Source of the DNA: Alphaproteobacteria bacterium
GTDB taxonomy: Bacteria > Pseudomonadota > Alphaproteobacteria > SHVV01
Assembly (NCBI GenBank): GCA_965261735.1
Contig: OZ253470.1
Coordinates: 2,016,001 to 2,080,000, forward strand
Reading direction: 5' to 3'
DNA length: 64,000 nt
In this document: piece by piece, positions 29,728 to 39,676 of the stretch
How the letters are laid out: each line of letters begins with the position of its first letter
Position numbering within the stretch: position 1 is the stretch's first letter
Translations under genes and position numbers: made by a program
Notes under the pieces: generated by a model
Seen by the model: only the letters and a program-made list of their open reading frames with translations
Database searches by the model: none
What the model was told of the DNA's origin: nothing

Positions 29728-30337
29728 GTCGGAAGGAAATTGCGGCCAGCCCCGGCCACCGCAGCACCAGGGCGAAGAGGGGGATTCCTAGGAACGAAAG
29801 AGCTAAAAGCCCCTCCTCCTGGTCGGAACAAACATGGAGTTAAGGGCGCTCCAAGAGGGGGGAAGGCGGTCCTATACCCCTCCGGCGCACGCGCAACAAC
29901 GCAACACTTCGAGGGTCAGGTCACGCAGGCCGCCTCAACAGCCGCCAGGGCCGTGGTCAGCGGCCGCCCTCGTGCACGTGGTTTCGGCGGTCATCGACGA
30001 CAACCGATGACGCTTAAACATGCAAATAGTTTGAGTACCTTAGTCACCGACCCTCACGGTATGCGCGGGTTCGAGTGGACCGAAAGGAGTAACGTCGCGT
30101 TTCGCTCTCATTCGCCCAACACCCGATGTCGTAGCACCTGAAAGTTGGGCGTTTTGCGCACGCTATGGGCTTTTGCACACGTTATTGCCAACGTTTCTCC
30201 GATGAGTCATGCGTTTGTTGGTAGCGACCGTAAATTTCCCATTTGTAACGACCCAAAATTTCTCACTTTGGGCTTGTCGCTGAAGGCGTCCCGGGCCGCT
30301 CTGTTGGCTTTGCCAACAGAGCGGGATCGGTGCGCGG

Positions 30338-31360
30338 ATGTACAAATGGGAGACCAGGATGTTGTTGAAGCACTATCTGGACCGGGGTGTCTCGAAGGCG
30401 GAGCTGTCGAGGCGGTTCGGGGTGAACCGTCGGACGATCCACAATTGGGTCGATACCGGCCAACTGGACCGGGATCTGGCGGCCGGTGCGCGAGGGTATT
30501 CGCCCCGTCCGCCGGTGGCCCACAAGCTGGACCCCTACAAGGCGATCATCGACGCCCGTCTTGAGGCGTTCCCGAAGCTGTCGGCGAAGCGGCTTTTCGA
30601 TGAGGTCCGCGCTGCGGACTACCCGGGCTGCTACTCTCGCGTGAACGACTACGTGCGGGCGACGCGACCGCGCGAACCGGTTGAATCGCTGGTCCGGTTC
30701 GAGACGCCGGCGGGGCGTCAGGGCCAGGTGGACTTCGGTACGTTCACGCTGCCCTGGGGCCGGCGCCATGCCCTGGTGATCGTCCTCGGCTTCACCCGGC
30801 TGCTGTGGCTGCACTTCTATACTCGGCAGACCATGCCGGTCCTGATGGAAGGTCTGGAGAGCGCCTTCGACCGGTTCGGCGGGGTTCCGGAGGAGCTGCT
30901 GTTCGACCAGATGCGCGCCGTGGTGCTGTCCGACGACCGCGGGGCCGGCGGCGGCCTGGTGCTGAACGAGGAGTTTCTGCGGTTCGCCGCGCACTGGGGG
31001 TTCATGCCGCGCTCGTGCCGACCCTATCGGGCCCAGACCAAGGGCAAAGTGGAGCGCCCGATCCGCTACATCCGCGAGAGCTTCTTCTACGGCCGCTCGT
31101 TTGCGAATGACAACGATCTCAACGAACAGGCCGTGCGCTGGCTGGAGGGCACAGCCAACGTCCGCCGGCATGCCACGACCGGGGAGCGTCCTGTCGACCG
31201 CTTCGAGCGCGACGAGCGAGCGGTGCTTCTCCCCTTGGCGAACCATCCCTATCGACGTCTCGGCGTCCGGCATGCTCCGGAGCCCGCGCCGCGGCGACTG
31301 CCGGCAACCGTGAAGGTCGAGCGGCGACCGCTTAGTGTCTATGCGGAGGCGCTGCAATGA
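30338..31360 (+). CDS. istA: IS21-family transposase IstA
   Basis: N-terminal HTH; KLDPYK, RFETPAGRQGQVDFG, LLFDQMR, KGKVERPI. Confidence 0.95.
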   Translation: MYKWETRMLLKHYLDRGVSKAELSRRFGVNRRTIHNWVDTGQLDRDLAAGARGYSPRPPVAHKLDPYKAIIDARLEAFPKLSAKRLFDEVRAADYPGCYSRVNDYVRATRPREPVESLVRFETPAGRQGQVDFGTFTLPWGRRHALVIVLGFTRLLWLHFYTRQTMPVLMEGLESAFDRFGGVPEELLFDQMRAVVLSDDRGAGGGLVLNEEFLRFAAHWGFMPRSCRPYRAQTKGKVERPIRYIRESFFYGRSFANDNDLNEQAVRWLEGTANVRRHATTGERPVDRFERDERAVLLPLANHPYRRLGVRHAPEPAPRRLPATVKVERRPLSVYAEALQ

Positions 31361-31485
31361 ACGCTCCGGCGCCGGCCCGGCGCGACCGGCTGCGGGCAAT
31401 GCTGGCGGACCTCAAGATGCCGGGCGCGCTGGAGGCCGTCGACGGCATCCTCTCGGACGCCGACGGCGGCACGATCTCGGCGGCG
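31357..31485 (+). pseudogene. istB: istB N-terminal fragment (about 43 codons)
   Basis: ATGA overlap with istA; RLRAMLADLKMPGALEAVD, then homology stops with no Walker A motif. Confidence 0.8.
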
Positions 31486-31486
31486 C

Positions 31487-31987
31487 ATGGACGGCGTCGT
31501 CTGCATCCGGGCGCAGGGGCGCGCATCCGCCTCGGGCCTGTATCGCGCCGTCAACTACCGCGTGGCCGTGCATCCCTGGCTCGAATGGCGCTGGCGCGTC
31601 GATGCGCTGCAGGGCGCGGCGGACATACGCGTGAAGGAGCGCGAGGACTTCGCGGCCGCTATCTTCCTCATCTTTGGGCGTCCCGGGCTGCTCAGCCGGG
31701 ATGCGCCGACGCTCGCCTATGTCTGGACCAACGAGCGCGTCGCCCGCGACAGCATCGTCGTAAGCCCGCGCTTTCCCGCGCAGATGCGGAGCGTGGTGGT
31801 TGAGAACGGCAGCGGCCGGCTCGGCTCGTGGCGCACCGAACGCCGCAACGTGGTCGCCGATTTTAAGCGCGCTTTCGGCCGCGACCCGCCCGAGGTCGTC
31901 GAATTGATCGCGATCTTCACCGACAACGACAACACCGGCGAGCCGGTGGAGGCGTACTATGGCGCCATCGCCGCCCGGGCCCAATAG
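31487..31987 (+). pseudogene. DUF3047 protein, 5'-truncated
   Basis: SASGL, PWLEWRWRV, LAYVW, WRTERRNVVADF, IFTDNDNTG; no signal peptide or N-terminus. Confidence 0.75.
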
Positions 31988-32069
31988 GAAAAACGGATCG
32001 TTCCAACTGCAACATTTCTTGCCGTGCGCCCCCCGCTCGGTCGTGCCTGTGCTGGAGGGTGAGTAAGCC

Positions 32070-33077
32070 GTGGCCCGCGTTCCGCTGACCATCGTCACCG
32101 ACAACTACGACCGCATCCAGGCGCTGCGCGACGGCGAGGTGAAGGTCGAGGGGTGCGAGGTCACCTACCTCAACCTGCCGCCCTCGTCGACCTTTCCGCG
32201 CCTCATGCGCTACCAGGAGTTCCAGGTCTCGGAGATGTCGCTGTCGACCTACATGCTGGCGCGCTCGCGCCGCGACCTCCCCTACCGGGCCATCCCCGTC
32301 GCCGCATCGCGGACCTTCGCCCATGGCTCGATCTGGGTGCGCGAAGGTGGGCCCATCGCAGATCCTGCGGACCTGAAGGGCGCGACCATCGGCATGCCTA
32401 ACTACCACTTCACCCGCGGGCTGTCGGTCAAGGGGATGCTGAAGGACGAGTACGGCATCGACTATGAGGGCGTGAAGCTCCGCTTCGGCGGCGTCGATAC
32501 CGCGTTCGACCACGCCTACATGGACTTCGACATCGCGCTCGAGATCGAGGCGCGGCCCATCGCCGCCGGCGAGACGCTGAGCCAGCACCTTCTCGACGGC
32601 CGGATCGACGCCCTCATCGCGGCGCGCGCACCACAAATCTTTCTCGACGGCGATCCGCGGGTGCGCCGGCTGTTCCCCGACTTCCGCGCCCGTGAGCGGG
32701 ACTACTGGACGCGCACACGCGTGTGGCCGGTCATGCACCTCATCGGCATCCGCCTCGACGTGCTCGAGGCCTACCCGTGGCTGCCGCTCAACCTCATGAA
32801 CGCGTTCGAGCTCGCCAAGCAAGCGGCGATGACGCGCCTGTTCGAGTTTCACCCGATGAACGCGAGCCTGCCCTGGCTCCAGGCCGAGGCCGAGGAGACG
32901 GTCGCGCTCATGGGCGAGGACTTCTGGCCCTACGGCCTCGAACCGCTACGCACGACGCTGGCAGCCCAGACGCGCTGGTCCTTCGAGCAGGGCATCTCGG
33001 CGACCAAGTTCGAGCCCGAGGACCTGTTCATCGAATCCACGCGCGCCTGGCGCCCGGTCGACGCTCTGCGGCGCTAG
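32070..33077 (+). CDS. 4,5-dihydroxyphthalate decarboxylase-like (periplasmic-binding-protein fold) protein
   Basis: YDRIQALRDG, VSEMSLS, RRLFPDF, PVMHLI, MGEDFWPYG. Confidence 0.85.
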   Translation: MARVPLTIVTDNYDRIQALRDGEVKVEGCEVTYLNLPPSSTFPRLMRYQEFQVSEMSLSTYMLARSRRDLPYRAIPVAASRTFAHGSIWVREGGPIADPADLKGATIGMPNYHFTRGLSVKGMLKDEYGIDYEGVKLRFGGVDTAFDHAYMDFDIALEIEARPIAAGETLSQHLLDGRIDALIAARAPQIFLDGDPRVRRLFPDFRARERDYWTRTRVWPVMHLIGIRLDVLEAYPWLPLNLMNAFELAKQAAMTRLFEFHPMNASLPWLQAEAEETVALMGEDFWPYGLEPLRTTLAAQTRWSFEQGISATKFEPEDLFIESTRAWRPVDALRR

Positions 33078-33096
33078 CGCGGCCAGCCGGCCCCTT

Positions 33097-34026
33097 TCAC
33101 AATTGCGCGGCGATGCCCGCCAGCAGCTCGAGGTGGCGCTCGTGCTCGCCGGCGAAGCGCAGCACGAAGTGGCTGACGCCGGCGCCCTGATAGGCCGCCA
33201 TGAGGTCCGCGGCGCCGGCGAGCGGGCCAGCGTAGCAGGGCTGGCGCTTGCGCAGCAGGTCGGGGCGCTGGCCGTAGTAGCTCTCGATGAATCCGTCCAT
33301 CCGGCGCCCCGCCCGCACCGCGTCGTCGTCGATCGCGAGGGTGAGGTAGACGGCCCCGGTGAGCTCGCCGGGATCGCGGCCCGCATCACGCGCGCACGCG
33401 ACCATGCGCGCCCATATCTCGGCGTACTCCTGCGGGTTGGGCCCGTTCGGGAACCAGCCGTCGAAATGGCGGCCGACCCGCTCGATCGTCGCCGCCACCG
33501 AGCCGCCGATCCAGATCGGCGGACCGCCGGGCCGGTGCGGTGTCGGGCCCAGGGTGCCGCGGACGCTCCAGCACCCCTCCCAGTCCACCGGCTCGCCGCT
33601 CCATAGCGCGCGGCACAGGCGCAGGCCCTCGAGCATGCGCCCGGCGCGCTTCGCGAAGGGTACGCCCGCGGCCGCGAACTCGGCGCGCACGTTGGCCACG
33701 TCCGAAGCGATGCCGACGCCGAGGATGACGCGGCCCTCGGAGACCTGGTCGAGGGTCGCGATCTGGTGCGCGAGCACGACGGGGTTACGCAACGCCGGGA
33801 GCAGGACCGCGGTGCCGAGCGCGACGCGCCGGGTGCGCGCGGCGACGCCGGCGAGCAGGGTGATCGGCTCGTGGCGCGGCCGCGCGAGCAGCGAATCGCC
33901 GACCCACACCGAATCGTAGCCCAAGGCTTCGGCGCGCTCGGCCAGCGCCAGCAGCGGCGCCGCCCCAGGCCGGCCCTCCATGACGCTCTCGCGCGTCGGC
34001 AGCAGGTATCCTATGCGCGGGCCGAT
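33097..34026 (-). CDS. LLM-class flavin-dependent oxidoreductase; expected start codon reads ATC
   Basis: GYDSVWVGDS, LGTAVL, ATLDQVSEGR, PPIWIGG; RBS GGAGGA then ATC-GGC-CCG-CGC (xGPRIGYLLPTRE). Confidence 0.88.
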   Translation of the reverse strand: MGPRIGYLLPTRESVMEGRPGAAPLLALAERAEALGYDSVWVGDSLLARPRHEPITLLAGVAARTRRVALGTAVLLPALRNPVVLAHQIATLDQVSEGRVILGVGIASDVANVRAEFAAAGVPFAKRAGRMLEGLRLCRALWSGEPVDWEGCWSVRGTLGPTPHRPGGPPIWIGGSVAATIERVGRHFDGWFPNGPNPQEYAEIWARMVACARDAGRDPGELTGAVYLTLAIDDDAVRAGRRMDGFIESYYGQRPDLLRKRQPCYAGPLAGAADLMAAYQGAGVSHFVLRFAGEHERHLELLAGIAAQL

Positions 34027-34046
34027 GGCGTCCTCCCGGTCGTCGA

Positions 34047-34653
34047 TCAGCGTGGCTTGGCCGGGCCGCCGAACTCCGACGAGAAGCCCATCGTCATGAA
34101 TTCGCCAAGGGCGGCGTAGTTGGGCCCGCCGAGGCGCGCCAGCGGGCGCAGCGCCGCCGTCACGATGCGGCCGCCCGCGAGCAGCTCATCGCGCACATGG
34201 AAATGGACGACCTCACCGATCACCAGCCGGTCGCGCTCCTCGCCGAGCTCGATGATCTGGTGCAGGCGGCACTCGAGGTGAATGGGCGAGATCGCGAGGC
34301 GCGGCGGAGCGACTAGCGTGCTCGGCAGCGTCTCGAGGCCGAGCGCCTCGACCTCGCTCACGTCTGGCGGATAGTCGGCCGATGTCTCGTGCATCACCTG
34401 GGCCGCATCGACCGTCACCACGTTGACGACGAAATCGCCGTGGGCCTCGATGTTGGTCGCGGTGTCCTTCAACCTGCCCTCGCGGCGCCCGATATTGCGG
34501 CAGCTTCTTGCAGACGAAGGTGTAGCAGCTGAATGGAGCGGCATTGAGGCGACCCGCCTCGTCGAGCGAGGTCACCCACGCGATCGGCCGCGGCACCACG
34601 ACCCCGACCAGTAACTCCACCGCATCAAGCTCGGCCGCGGCAATCTCCATCAT
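34047..34653 (-). pseudogene. Flavin reductase-family protein, frameshifted near 34500
   Basis: VVPRPIAWVTS...NAAPFS in one frame; KDTATNI...FVVN...HLECRL...LARLGG in another. Confidence 0.85.
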
Positions 34654-34714
34654 CCACCCTCGATTTCTGTTGGCGTCTCGGCAGAGTTCCCTCGCGGCGT
34701 CCGACCCACTCACA

Positions 34715-34731
34715 CTTCGACAGGCTCAGGG
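34715..34731. repeat. CTTCGACAGGCTCAGGG REP-like motif (single half)
   Basis: Resembles a dispersed bacterial palindromic repeat core. Confidence 0.3.
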
Positions 34732-34963
34732 TGGGGTCCATACGAAGGCACCGGAGGGAGGGCCTCGATCGTCCCACACCGCGAGGAATCACACAAATGT
34801 GGTTGCGGCACCGATCTCGACGGAATCGCGCACGGCCGAGCCACGAGGCCACCCCTGCCGTCAACCTTGTCGGGTGTCAGAATGACCGCGCTAGGGCGCG
34901 GAGCGTGCCTGTGCTGGGAAGGCGAGACCTTGCGCGGTCTTCAGCCCATTCCTCGCGCTCGCG

Positions 34964-35881
34964 TTAGGCGAGTTGATGCTCGACCGGACCTGCGACGCCG
35001 GCCCTTCGCCCGATCCTGGCGGGCCGCGCCACCCGCGGTCTCGGAGCCATCGTTCCGACTCCGAGTTGCATGCCCTCGCGGGCCACGAAAGCGCCGGCAA
35101 ACTCGCGCTTCGCGGCGCGCGCGATCTGCTTCATCGTGGCGTCGTCATGATCTGGGTCGTGATGAAATATGGCCAGATTGCTGACGTTCGCCGCCCGCGC
35201 GATCCTCACGCCCTCCTGCCAGGTCGAATGGCCCCAACCGATCTTGGTCTCGAATTCTTTATCGGTGTACGTCGAGTCGTAGATCAGCAGATCGGCGCCC
35301 TCGACCAGCCCGAGCACGTTTTGATCGGGCCTCCCCTTGCGATGTTCCGTGTCGGTGACGTAGCACAGCGAGCGGCCGTCGTGCTCGAAGCGGTACCCGG
35401 TCGCACCGTTCGGGTGGTTGAGGGAGGTCGTGCGCACGCCAATCGTGGCGTTGCGGCCCAACCTGAGGGTGTCTCCGGCCGCAAAGTCCTCGAACGTGAG
35501 GCTCCCCTTCATCGCCTCCAGCGGCACCGGGAAGTAGGGGTTCTTCAGCTGGCCGGCAAAGACGCCGGCGATACCACCGAAGGCGCCGAGGTGGCCGGCC
35601 ATGACGCGAAGCGAGCATTCCTCGTGGAAGGCCGGCGAGAAGAAGGGCAGGCCATGGATGTGATCCCAATGGGTGTGCGACAGCAGGATGGTCGCGCGCC
35701 GGACGTCCTTGCGCAGCAGCCAATGTCCGAGATTGCGAATCCCCGAGCCGCCGTCGAGAATGAATCGTTCGCCGTCGATCGCAATCTCGACGCAGGAGGT
35801 GTTGCCACCGAAGAACGCGTGCTGCGTGCCGGGGCATGGGATCGATCCCCTGACCCCCCAGAATTTCACCTTAAAGCTCAT
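34964..35881 (-). CDS. MBL-fold metallo-hydrolase (RNase Z/phosphodiesterase-like)
   Basis: FWGVRGSIP, GGNTSC, SHTHWDH, LNHP, TDTEH, WGHS, FHHDP. Confidence 0.92.
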   Translation of the reverse strand: MSFKVKFWGVRGSIPCPGTQHAFFGGNTSCVEIAIDGERFILDGGSGIRNLGHWLLRKDVRRATILLSHTHWDHIHGLPFFSPAFHEECSLRVMAGHLGAFGGIAGVFAGQLKNPYFPVPLEAMKGSLTFEDFAAGDTLRLGRNATIGVRTTSLNHPNGATGYRFEHDGRSLCYVTDTEHRKGRPDQNVLGLVEGADLLIYDSTYTDKEFETKIGWGHSTWQEGVRIARAANVSNLAIFHHDPDHDDATMKQIARAAKREFAGAFVAREGMQLGVGTMAPRPRVARPARIGRRAGVAGPVEHQLA

Positions 35882-36063
35882 CTCCGCCTCGCTGGCACTA
35901 GAGAACAGACAAAAAGTAGGTGCCTGGCACCCCCAATAATGATCCTTTTGGTTAAGAAACCTGTAAGCCGATGGACGACGGCGTTGTCGGCATCGCGGAC
36001 CCCTCGGCTCCTCGGTCGGCCGCGGCGCCCGTCGAAGAGCACCGTCCGTCCCGCGCGCGGACC

Positions 36064-37317
36064 ATGACCCAGGGTTCCGCGCGGGCGCGGGGTGCGGCGA
36101 TGGGCGCGGTCGAGCGCCGCCTGCGCGCGGCTTTCCTCGGCTACAAGCTGTTCCGACACGCCCAGTTCAGCGGGCCCGTCATCGTGCCCTTCTATCTGCT
36201 CGTGGGTGTTCCCCTCGAGCGCGTGTTCGTCTTCGTCAGCGTCTATACCTTTGCGTGGGCGATGGCCGAGGTGCCCTCGGGCATCCTCGCCGATCGCCTC
36301 GGGCGCCGGCTCATCCTCGCCGTCGGCCTGGGCTCGCGCGTGGCCGGCTTGCTCGCACTCTTCGGAGCCGCGATCCTTGCCGAGACCCTCGGCTTTCCCG
36401 CCATCACGGTGATCTTCGTCGCCGGCAACATCGCGCTCGGTATCGGCGAGGCGTGCCTGTCGGGGGCCGACGCGGCGCACGTCTACGACACCCTCGAAGC
36501 GCCCGACAAGGACCGCAAGTTCCGCGACATAACGGGCCAGGGCGCGGCCGTGCGGCACGTCTCCTCGGGAACCTCACCCATCGCCGGCGGCTTCATCGCG
36601 TCGTCGCTGGGCTTGCCGCTGACCGTGCTGTTCAGCGCCGCCGCCGACTTTATCGCCGCGCTGTTCGTGGGCTTTTTCCCGCCCGCCCGCCAAGCAGCCG
36701 CCGAGGATGTGCCGCGCGGGCTTACTGGCGCCGTGCGGGAGTTCTGGAACACGCCCTACTTGCGTACAACGGTCATCTTCCTTGCGGCGATCGCCGTCTA
36801 TCTGTTGTTGTCGATGTTCATCATCCAGGCGATCCTCGCCGACTTCGCCGTCGACATCGTCTGGTTCGGCCTCACCTTCGGTGCCATCCATCTGGCCGCA
36901 TCCGTTGCCGCGGCGCGTAACACCTACTTCATGAGGTGGCGGCGGGCCACAATGGCGACGGCCCTCGTGGCCGCGATCTTCGCCTTCCTCGTGCTCGCTG
37001 CGGCCGGCGTGTGGCTCGGCGGCACAGGCGGCCTCGTGCTCGCCGGCGCGGGCTTTCTTCTCTATGGCCTGGTGCGAGGGCTCGCCGCGCCGATCCTACT
37101 CGCCTGGATCAACGCCCATTGCGGCTCGACCAACCGCGCCGGCGTGATCTCGATCGCCTATCTGCTAGGCACGCTGACCGTGGCCTTCGGCTCGCCGCTC
37201 TTCGGCTACGCGGTCGGCTGGATCGGGCTCACCGCGTCGCTCATCGCCGCCGCGCTGCTGTTGATCCCGGCAGGCCTCGTCCTGATCCCGATGGTGCGCG
37301 AGACCGAGCGCGGCTAG
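36064..37317 (+). CDS. MFS transporter
   Basis: EVPSGILADRLGRR motif A; about 12 hydrophobic segments. Confidence 0.9.
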   Translation: MTQGSARARGAAMGAVERRLRAAFLGYKLFRHAQFSGPVIVPFYLLVGVPLERVFVFVSVYTFAWAMAEVPSGILADRLGRRLILAVGLGSRVAGLLALFGAAILAETLGFPAITVIFVAGNIALGIGEACLSGADAAHVYDTLEAPDKDRKFRDITGQGAAVRHVSSGTSPIAGGFIASSLGLPLTVLFSAAADFIAALFVGFFPPARQAAAEDVPRGLTGAVREFWNTPYLRTTVIFLAAIAVYLLLSMFIIQAILADFAVDIVWFGLTFGAIHLAASVAAARNTYFMRWRRATMATALVAAIFAFLVLAAAGVWLGGTGGLVLAGAGFLLYGLVRGLAAPILLAWINAHCGSTNRAGVISIAYLLGTLTVAFGSPLFGYAVGWIGLTASLIAAALLLIPAGLVLIPMVRETERG

Positions 37318-37772
37318 CCGAGCGAGCGCGAGCGCGGCTTTTGCGCGAGCTCGATGGTGATGCCGTCGGGGTCGCGGAAGTAGGCGGTGCGGGCGCCGCG
37401 CTCGGGGCGCTCGACGACGCGGTTGTACATGACCAGGCCGTAGTCCTTGGCGCCGGCAAGCGCGCCTTCGAGGTTGTCGACCTCGAGCGCGAAGTGCCAG
37501 GCGCCGGTATCGCAGATGCGCGCGTTGACGCGTTGACGATCCGCCGGGGCCTGCCACTCGACGAGCTCGATCATGTGTCCATCGGGCGAGCGGATGAAGC
37601 CGAGATTTACGTCGGCGCGCACCCCCGTGAGGGTTTCGACGAGTTCGGGCTCGCCCACGTCCTCGGCCACGAGCTCGAAGCCGAGAAAGTCGCGGAACAG
37701 CCGGATCGTGCGCTGGAGATCGGACACCGCGAACGCCGTATGGACCGTGCCGAGGACCTTGAAATCCGCCAT
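37314..37772 (-). CDS. VOC/glyoxalase family protein
   Basis: HTAFAVSDL...LGF, IELVE, HFALEV, YFRDPDGITIEL. Confidence 0.9.
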   Translation of the reverse strand: MADFKVLGTVHTAFAVSDLQRTIRLFRDFLGFELVAEDVGEPELVETLTGVRADVNLGFIRSPDGHMIELVEWQAPADRQRVNARICDTGAWHFALEVDNLEGALAGAKDYGLVMYNRVVERPERGARTAYFRDPDGITIELAQKPRSRSLG

Positions 37773-37919
37773 CGAAAACCTCCCCCTTCGCGTTAGATGC
37801 TTTTGTCGGCGAGCATAACGGCCCGCGCGCGCCTTTGGAAGCAATGGAGGCGCTGCGCCGTTGACCACTGCCCGCGCCAGGGTCCACCATGGGGATACTC
37901 GAACCCGGGAGAGGCTATC

Positions 37920-39065
37920 ATGGCGCAATCAAGCCAGCTCAAGACCAAAAGCGGATTTCACCCCGACCCGGAACTCTCGGCCACGCTGCCCGGCACCTAC
38001 TACTACGATCCCGAGATCTTTGGACGCGAGCGCGAGGAGATCTGGTTCAAGACCTGGCAGCTCGCGGGATATCTCGGCGATCTCAAGGAGCCCGGCAGCT
38101 ACGTCACGTCCGACATCCTCGGCCAAAAAGTGTTCGTCGTGCGCGCCAGGGATGGGCGTTTACGCGCGTTCTACAACGTGTGCATGCACCGCGGCCACAC
38201 TCTGCTCGAGGGCAAGGGCAATACGCGCATGATCATGTGCCCGTTCCACGCCTGGACCTATGATCTCGAGGGCAACCTGAAGGCGGCCGGCAACTCGGAG
38301 AACGTCGCCGGCTTCGACCACGACGACTTCTGCCTGCCCGAGATCCGCGTCGAGGCGTTCCTCAACATGGCGTTCGTCAATCTCGATGCTGACGCACCGC
38401 CGCTGTCCAGCCTCATGGGCGGGCTCGAGGCCGAGGTGCGCGCCGTCATACCGCGCTTCGACGATCTCGCCTTCGGCCGGTCCGACCCGTTCGACGTGCG
38501 CGCCAACTGGAAGTTCGTGTTCGACCAGGTCGAGTGCTACCACTGCCCGCACCTCCACCCCGAGGTCATCAAGGGCAAGAAGTTCGAGTGTCGGACCTCG
38601 GTCGCGCACGAGTACTACTCCTCGCACGTCAACCCCGGCGACCGGGAGATGATCGACGAGGGCAGTTCAGAGCTCCCCTACGCCTTCAGTCCCGACGACG
38701 AGTTGCAGGACGTCCACGTCTGGTGGATGTGGCCCAACATGTACCTGGCGGCGCACCAGGGCCCGGCCAACTTCAAGATCATCCGCGCCGTTCCCGTGAC
38801 CCCGGAGCTCACCTTCGAGACCGTCGACCACTTCTTCCTCAGCGATCCGCCGAGCGCCGGCGAGACCGCGATCATGGACTACTTCCGCGACCTCGTTCAG
38901 CCCCAGGACATCGGCGCCATGCAGGGCCAGCAGCTCGGCATCCACGCGCGCGGCTACAAGCAGGGCCGTCTCATGGTCGATGCCGAACGCTCGTGGCGCA
39001 GCGAACACATCGTCCACCTGTTCGACAATCTCGTCTGGACCTCGCTGAACGGCCCCAACTACTGA
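37920..39065 (+). CDS. Rieske non-heme iron oxygenase alpha subunit (carnitine/choline monooxygenase CntA/YeaW-like)
   Basis: CMHRG...CPFHAW Rieske motif, NWK...ECYHCPHLH, QGRLM...SEH tail. Confidence 0.88.
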   Translation: MAQSSQLKTKSGFHPDPELSATLPGTYYYDPEIFGREREEIWFKTWQLAGYLGDLKEPGSYVTSDILGQKVFVVRARDGRLRAFYNVCMHRGHTLLEGKGNTRMIMCPFHAWTYDLEGNLKAAGNSENVAGFDHDDFCLPEIRVEAFLNMAFVNLDADAPPLSSLMGGLEAEVRAVIPRFDDLAFGRSDPFDVRANWKFVFDQVECYHCPHLHPEVIKGKKFECRTSVAHEYYSSHVNPGDREMIDEGSSELPYAFSPDDELQDVHVWWMWPNMYLAAHQGPANFKIIRAVPVTPELTFETVDHFFLSDPPSAGETAIMDYFRDLVQPQDIGAMQGQQLGIHARGYKQGRLMVDAERSWRSEHIVHLFDNLVWTSLNGPNY

Positions 39066-39523
39066 TGGCGAGCGTGGAGAAGGTGTTCGTCACCCCGCAG
39101 GGCGGGGCCGCGATGCGGGAGGTCGCCGAGATCGAAGCCATCGAGGGCTGCGGCCTCAAGGGCGACCGCTACTGCGAGCGCACCGGCTTCTACACCGCGA
39201 TCGACGAGTGCGAGGTGACACTGATCGAGGCCGAGGACCTCGACGAGATCCAGTCCACGACCGGAATCAAGGTCGATGCCGGCGAGCACCGGCGCAACCT
39301 CGTGACCCGCGGCATCCGGCTACTCGGCCTCGCCGGCCAGCGCTTCCGCATCGGCGAGGTCGAGTTCGCCTATGACCGGCCGCGCCCACCTTGCGGCTAC
39401 ATCCAGTCGCTCACCGAGCGCGGCATGACCCGGGCCCTGTGGGGCCGCGGCGGCATCTGCGTTCGCGTCGTCAAGTCCGGCATGATCCGAGCCGGCGATC
39501 CCATCACGGTACTCGAGCGCTAA
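39065..39523 (+). CDS. MOSC domain protein
   Basis: GLKGDRY, RRNLVTRG, RPPCGYI, GRGG, IRAGD; TGATG coupling. Confidence 0.88.
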   Translation: MASVEKVFVTPQGGAAMREVAEIEAIEGCGLKGDRYCERTGFYTAIDECEVTLIEAEDLDEIQSTTGIKVDAGEHRRNLVTRGIRLLGLAGQRFRIGEVEFAYDRPRPPCGYIQSLTERGMTRALWGRGGICVRVVKSGMIRAGDPITVLER

Positions 39524-39676
39524 CACCCGCGCGGGCCGCACGGCGGCGGCGGTGCCGGACTGTAATCTCAAGCAGGTAAACGCGGGATGCGGCACGGCAA
39601 GACGGCCGCGTGGCCCTTGTGGGATACGAACCCGGTTTCCGTACCCCGACCAATCCGAGCCGTGACACAAACCCGG

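Larger units (their letters stand above)
30216..31485 (+). mobile_element. Truncated IS21-family element (left end, istA, istB stub)
   Basis: TG terminus with tandem GTAGCGACCGTAAATTTCCCA / GTAACGACCCAAAATTTCTCA repeats; no right end found. Confidence 0.85.

Noticed and set aside
29740-30215. ORFs between IS1595 and IS21
   Set aside because: No recognisable motifs, RBS or codon pattern
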